Origin: Chlamydiae bacterium RIFCSPHIGHO2_12_FULL_49_11
Lineage (GTDB): Bacteria; Chlamydiota; Chlamydiia; Chlamydiales; 2-12-FULL-49-11
Length of the DNA stretch: 10,330 nucleotides
Reading direction: 5' to 3'
Assembly (NCBI GenBank): GCA_001794905.1
Contig: MGLW01000006.1
Coordinates: 1 to 10,330, forward strand
Below, piece after piece: positions 6,936-10,330 of this stretch. Numbering within the stretch: position 1 is the stretch's first letter; every line of letters starts with the position of its first letter. The notes under the pieces were generated by a model. That model was not told the origin of the DNA and did not search any database. It saw only the letters and a list, made by a program, of their open reading frames with translations. The position numbers and the translations under genes are program-made.

Positions 6936-7905
6936 CCAGCCCTAGCATTTCGCATGCCCACATTTCAAAAACATGGTCCATCCAGCGGAATTTTTTGAAG
7001 AAATCGCGGCCCAGAAATCCAATGTGTCCTCCATGTTCGGTCTTGTACACGTGCACTTTCGGAGGAAGGCGCAGCACATCGATCGAAGACTCGCAAATGA
7101 TCGGATCATCTTTGGCAAAAAGAATCTTTGTAGCCACGTCGATATTGGGAATGACATTTTTTGCACTGCAGCGGTGGTAATATTCGAGGGCGGAAGAAAA
7201 GTGGGCGCGCGGAGCTACATACAACTCGTCAAAATCATTCAGAGTGAGAAATGGCGGAAGATTATGGGGCGGCAAATCCGAAAAATGGCTATGGATAAAA
7301 TTTACGTCATGCATCAAAAGACGCAAAAAATAGCGTGCGTAAACTTGGTTTTCTTTCCTCATAAAGAGACGTGCACTGGAAAGGAGATCGACGGGAGGGC
7401 TTACTGCAATCGTTCCCGCAAGGAGTTTTTCCCCTTCGTCCCGGAGTTCCCCCGCCAGTTTCAAAACAACATTGGCTCCAAGGGAAAATCCGCCGAGCAC
7501 GATCCTCGATTCGGGAGTTAGACGCTTCAAATCCCTTACAACCGCTTCCACGTCCAAACTACAACCGCTATGGTATATTCCGCGCGCGAGCCCACGACCG
7601 GTGCCGCACCCTCGTAAATTGATACGGACGGCACGGGCGCCGCACCGTACCATCCTCCGTCCTATCCGCTTCATGTAATGCGATCTGTGCGAACCACATA
7701 ACCCGTGTACGAGCACAACGGTCGAGTCAGTCTTTTTCCACCCTTTGGGAGTTGAAATTTCCGCCGCTATGATATCTCCATCGGCAAGCTTGACGTAATG
7801 TGTTCTCGATGAGAGCTCCAGCTCGAAATCGATTGCCGTGCCGATGACCGTCTGATAATAAGCACTTTTAATCAAAGGCTTGAAATCCATATGGAAGTAC
7901 ATCAT
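6910..7905 (-). CDS. YheT-family alpha/beta hydrolase (Eht1/ABHD1-3-like esterase/acyltransferase)
   Basis: HGLCGS oxyanion motif, INLRGCG, YHSGCSLD, nucleophile elbow GFSLGAN, acid AKDDP, and His in HGGHIGF. Start could be 7905, 7902 or 7890. Confidence 0.9.
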   Translation of the reverse strand: MMYFHMDFKPLIKSAYYQTVIGTAIDFELELSSRTHYVKLADGDIIAAEISTPKGWKKTDSTVVLVHGLCGSHRSHYMKRIGRRMVRCGARAVRINLRGCGTGRGLARGIYHSGCSLDVEAVVRDLKRLTPESRIVLGGFSLGANVVLKLAGELRDEGEKLLAGTIAVSPPVDLLSSARLFMRKENQVYARYFLRLLMHDVNFIHSHFSDLPPHNLPPFLTLNDFDELYVAPRAHFSSALEYYHRCSAKNVIPNIDVATKILFAKDDPIICESSIDVLRLPPKVHVYKTEHGGHIGFLGRDFFKKFRWMDHVFEMWACEMLGLVKGNNSER

Positions 7906-7925
7906 ATCCTCGTGGGCTACCCTTG

Positions 7926-7953
7926 TTTATAGTCGCCTACACACAAAAGTCAA
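7926..7953 (-). promoter_or_regulatory. Putative sigma70-type promoter for the YheT hydrolase
   Basis: Minus strand TTGACT-16 nt-TATAAA, followed by GAGGA just upstream of the ATGs. Confidence 0.5.
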
Positions 7954-8027
7954 GATATTTAGGAATAATCTTTACAACAATTTTTCCATAAATTAGACTC
8001 ACAAGAAACAGAATTTACGGGAAGAAT

Positions 8028-8597
8028 ATGCATAAAATGTTCATTTATTTCGCGTGGTTTGTCATGGCTTTTGCCCCTATAGCAACCATACATGGTGAAA
8101 TCAACCCTAAACCATACAGGTACCCGGTTTCTCTGGACCGGCGGGGCTATGTAATTGAGTTTGACGACGGTTCGATTTGGCGCGTCGTGGACAGTTGGAG
8201 CGCTTCCAACGTGAAACGGTGGAAAATCAATGACGCCATCCTTATCTATCCCGGCTTTTCGAATTTTCTGAACGGCTCCCGTTTTGTCCTTCACAATGAA
8301 ACGCGCGGCGACAAAGTCTATGCCGAAATCGGCCTTGGCCCTCTCAAGGAGAAGCAAACCTACAACCGCATTTTGCAAATCAATTATACGACAGGGGTGG
8401 TCGATGTAGTGGACGGACGCGGTGTGAATTACCACTGGCGGATCGATCCTTCGATGAACCATATCCTCTCTTCATGGCGCGTTGAAAATTGTGTCGTGTA
8501 CGGGCTTAATTCGAATATAGGACTCTTTGAACCGTCCTTTCCGTATCTCCTTTTCAATGTGGATTCGGATACGTTTATCAAAGCTCAGTATAACTAA
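8028..8597 (+). CDS. Exported hypothetical protein with two tandem beta-rich repeats
   Basis: Signal-peptide-like N-terminus. Internal similarity between VIEFDDGSIWRV...VKRWKINDAILIY and VVDVVDGRGVNYHWRI...LSSWRVENCVVY. Confidence 0.75.
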   Translation: MHKMFIYFAWFVMAFAPIATIHGEINPKPYRYPVSLDRRGYVIEFDDGSIWRVVDSWSASNVKRWKINDAILIYPGFSNFLNGSRFVLHNETRGDKVYAEIGLGPLKEKQTYNRILQINYTTGVVDVVDGRGVNYHWRIDPSMNHILSSWRVENCVVYGLNSNIGLFEPSFPYLLFNVDSDTFIKAQYN

Positions 8598-8611
8598 AAA
8601 GGGAAGCCTAG

Positions 8612-9034
8612 ATGTTCCTCGCTGCAAATGTTGTTTCCGTATTGATCATTCCCTCTACCGCGGGATATTTGGTAGCCAAAATGGATACGGTGGATGAAAA
8701 AGTGCTCAAAATCGCGATTTTTTTCATTTTTCCCCTCTTCTTCTTTTCCTATTTCACGATCGGAATCGCTGCCGTAGCAACGGTAGGCTCGCTGCTTCTT
8801 GTCGGAGCCGCGCGCAGCTTTACCAAGCAGTGGGGCTTTTTAGACATAAAGCAGTTGATCTCCTCAATTCAAAAATTGATTGCACGCATCTTAAGCTATT
8901 GGCCAAAACAAGCAGCGCCACCTCCCGCACCTGCCACTGCCCCTCCGAGATCCGAATCGTCCGATTCTTCCGATGAAGAAAGCACCAGCGATAATTCCGC
9001 TCCGAGTTCTCCCAGGAGCGCTCCGGCATCATGA
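8612..9034 (+). CDS. Membrane protein with long hydrophobic hairpin and Pro/Ser/acidic tail (Inc-like)
   Basis: AGGGAAG upstream. 34 consecutive uncharged residues (I34-A67), an amphipathic helix, then APPPAPATAPP and SESSDSSDEESTSD. Confidence 0.7.
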   Translation: MFLAANVVSVLIIPSTAGYLVAKMDTVDEKVLKIAIFFIFPLFFFSYFTIGIAAVATVGSLLLVGAARSFTKQWGFLDIKQLISSIQKLIARILSYWPKQAAPPPAPATAPPRSESSDSSDEESTSDNSAPSSPRSAPAS

Positions 9035-9086
9035 CAAAGCTCCTCCACCCTGACGCAACGCTTTAATCAAACATAAAGGAATAAAT

Positions 9087-9593
9087 ATGGGAAACGGTTC
9101 AAGCACACAATCCTGTTACGGTTACGAACGGACTCCGGTAGACCGCCGTCAGGACCCATGGCCGCACTCCGATGCAATGGCTCAACTTGCCGCACAGCAG
9201 CGCGTCGCCGCCGCAACCCAACATGTACTTTTCCCTCAGCCTCATCACCGAGGCGGAAATCGGCCTGCATCAGCAAACACTTCCACTCGTGGCGGAGAGC
9301 CGTCATCTCCCCCTCCCTTTGCCAGCGAACCTGTACCTCACCCTCATGTCATACTGCCCCCCTTTGCTAGCGAACCCGCCCGTGGGGGACAACCGGCACC
9401 GCCTCCTTCTGCAAGTCAGTCTGCCCGTGGGGGGCAACCGGCACCACCTCCATCTTCAAGTCAGTCAGCTCGCGGAGGACAACAGGCATCGTCCCGTCAG
9501 GTAGCGCCGCCCCCGTTTGCAAGTGAACCTGCCCGTGGAGGAGTGCCGGATGCACAGAAAAGGCCGCCTCCTTTTGCCGGCGGAAGAAGATAA
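9087..9593 (+). CDS. Orphan Pro/Gly/Ser-rich repeat protein with N-myristoylation-type start, candidate effector
   Basis: AAGGA RBS 6 nt before ATG. The internal repeats differ mostly at third codon positions in this frame, which supports it as the coding frame. Confidence 0.8.
   Translation: MGNGSSTQSCYGYERTPVDRRQDPWPHSDAMAQLAAQQRVAAATQHVLFPQPHHRGGNRPASANTSTRGGEPSSPPPFASEPVPHPHVILPPFASEPARGGQPAPPPSASQSARGGQPAPPPSSSQSARGGQQASSRQVAPPPFASEPARGGVPDAQKRPPPFAGGRR
9378..9488 (+). repeat. 45-bp in-frame tandem repeat (two full copies plus a partial third) encoding ARGGQPAPPPS(A/S)SQS
   Basis: 9378..9422 gcccgtgggggacaaccggcaccgcctccttctgcaagtcagtct vs 9423..9467 gcccgtggggggcaaccggcaccacctccatcttcaagtcagtca, followed by gctcgcggaggacaacaggca. 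Degenerate PPFASEP units flank it. Confidence 0.9.
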
Positions 9594-9638
9594 GCGTATT
9601 TCCCCTGTGGTTTAGAAGGTGAGCTTCTTTCTCTGTAG

Positions 9639-10040
9639 TTAACGTATGATATTTCCGCGTTCGAATAAACATTCGTGCGCTTTCCCTTCCTCACCGGAAT
9701 ATGTGAGGGAGAGGCTGAGAGCTGCAGCTTCAATGGGAAAATCGAGGTGCTCCGCGAGAAAGGCATCCTGTTTCAGGACGTTTAGCATTCGATCCTTCAA
9801 TTGAAGGAGTGTTTCCTCTGCTTTTGCACGCGTTAAGGGCAGCGAAGCGGCAAAGTCTCCGTAAAAACCGACTACTTTGCCTTGGTATACCGGCCCGACA
9901 CCATATGAGAGAAGTACGAATTCTTGCATGATGCTGCGCTCAAGGGGTTTTAAAACCCGATCGGCCGCTTGCACGTCGAGCGGCGCTTTGCGGAAAAGGG
10001 AAGCAAAAATGCACCCTACTACCCAGCCGTAAAATTTCAT
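9639..10040 (-). CDS. Hypothetical exported protein
   Basis: Hydrophobic N-terminus and ATGA overlap with the upstream phosphatase. LTRAKAEETLL...LAEHLDFPIEAAALSLSLTY resembles, from memory and unverified, a paralogous hypothetical family of environmental chlamydiae. Confidence 0.7.
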   Translation of the reverse strand: MKFYGWVVGCIFASLFRKAPLDVQAADRVLKPLERSIMQEFVLLSYGVGPVYQGKVVGFYGDFAASLPLTRAKAEETLLQLKDRMLNVLKQDAFLAEHLDFPIEAAALSLSLTYSGEEGKAHECLFERGNIIR

Positions 10041-10330
10041 ACCATTACCTCATTCCAAGCTACGAGTGTTTTAACATGGTGCTCAAAACCCAAAATGGAA
10101 ACCGATGCGGTCGAAAGGACAAGATGCTTCCCAAATTCCACCTCTTGCTCAATCCAGCGCGCTCCAATGGCGCGCGAAATATGCCCGCTGGAAAAAAGGG
10201 CAATCGGCCCCTCGAGCTGTTCTAACTTTTCGAGCAAGCGGTCTGCACGAGCGCGAATTTGAGCCCTCGTTTCACCTCCGGGCGGGTCGCCCGTAAAAAT
10301 AGTCCAACCGGGCCGGCTTTCACGAATCTC
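10037..10330 (-). CDS. Histidine phosphatase (phosphoglycerate mutase-like) family protein, 3' part; 5'-truncated by the window edge
   Basis: Frame is open from 10330: EIRESRPGWTIFTGDPPGGETRAQIRARADRLLEKL...IALFSSGHISRAIGARWI...LSTASVSILGFEH...WN, the typical C-terminal half of this family. Confidence 0.88.
   Translation of the reverse strand, partial: EIRESRPGWTIFTGDPPGGETRAQIRARADRLLEKLEQLEGPIALFSSGHISRAIGARWIEQEVEFGKHLVLSTASVSILGFEHHVKTLVAWNEVMV

Noticed and set aside
9300-9560. Repeats as a possible CRISPR array or non-coding repeat element
   Set aside because: Units are degenerate, adjacent and in frame, with mostly synonymous variation. There are no unique spacers and no cas genes.
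9614-9634. Hairpin AGAAG-GTGAG-CTTCT followed by TTCTCT between convergent genes
   Set aside because: A 5-bp, largely A/T stem with an interrupted U-tract is too weak to call a terminator.
135-10296. Numerous antisense or alternate-frame ORFs (e.g. 414..716, 1658..2047, 2938..3387, 4200..4655, 4859..5284, 6973..7521, 7959..8462, 9172..9504, 9367..9672, 9969..10262)
   Set aside because: They lie over well-supported genes and show no recognisable motifs; expected shadow ORFs.

Overview
Gene-dense bacterial window, most likely from an obligate intracellular environmental chlamydia (Chlamydiota). This is inferred from an NTT/Tlc nucleotide transporter, an Inc-like membrane protein and chlamydia-style orphan ORFs. 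Recognisable genes: the 3' end of a DAACS amino-acid symporter, an ABM-like small protein, an EamA/DMT transporter, an NTT transporter, a membrane delta-9-type fatty-acid desaturase, a COG4313-like outer-membrane barrel, a YheT-family alpha/beta hydrolase and the 3' end of a histidine phosphatase. The most interesting signal is a set of four orphan ORFs carrying eukaryote-type short linear motifs. One has an N-myristoylation start plus RGG/PPPF repeats, one ends in a CFTR-like PDZ-binding terminus (DTRI), one has a phospho-FFAT-like motif plus a polybasic tail, and one has an Inc-like hydrophobic hairpin. Two of them share an MQPV...NNS N-terminus. They look like an uncharacterised repertoire of host-targeted effectors; this is inference and no searches were run. 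No RNA genes, CRISPR arrays or mobile elements were seen.
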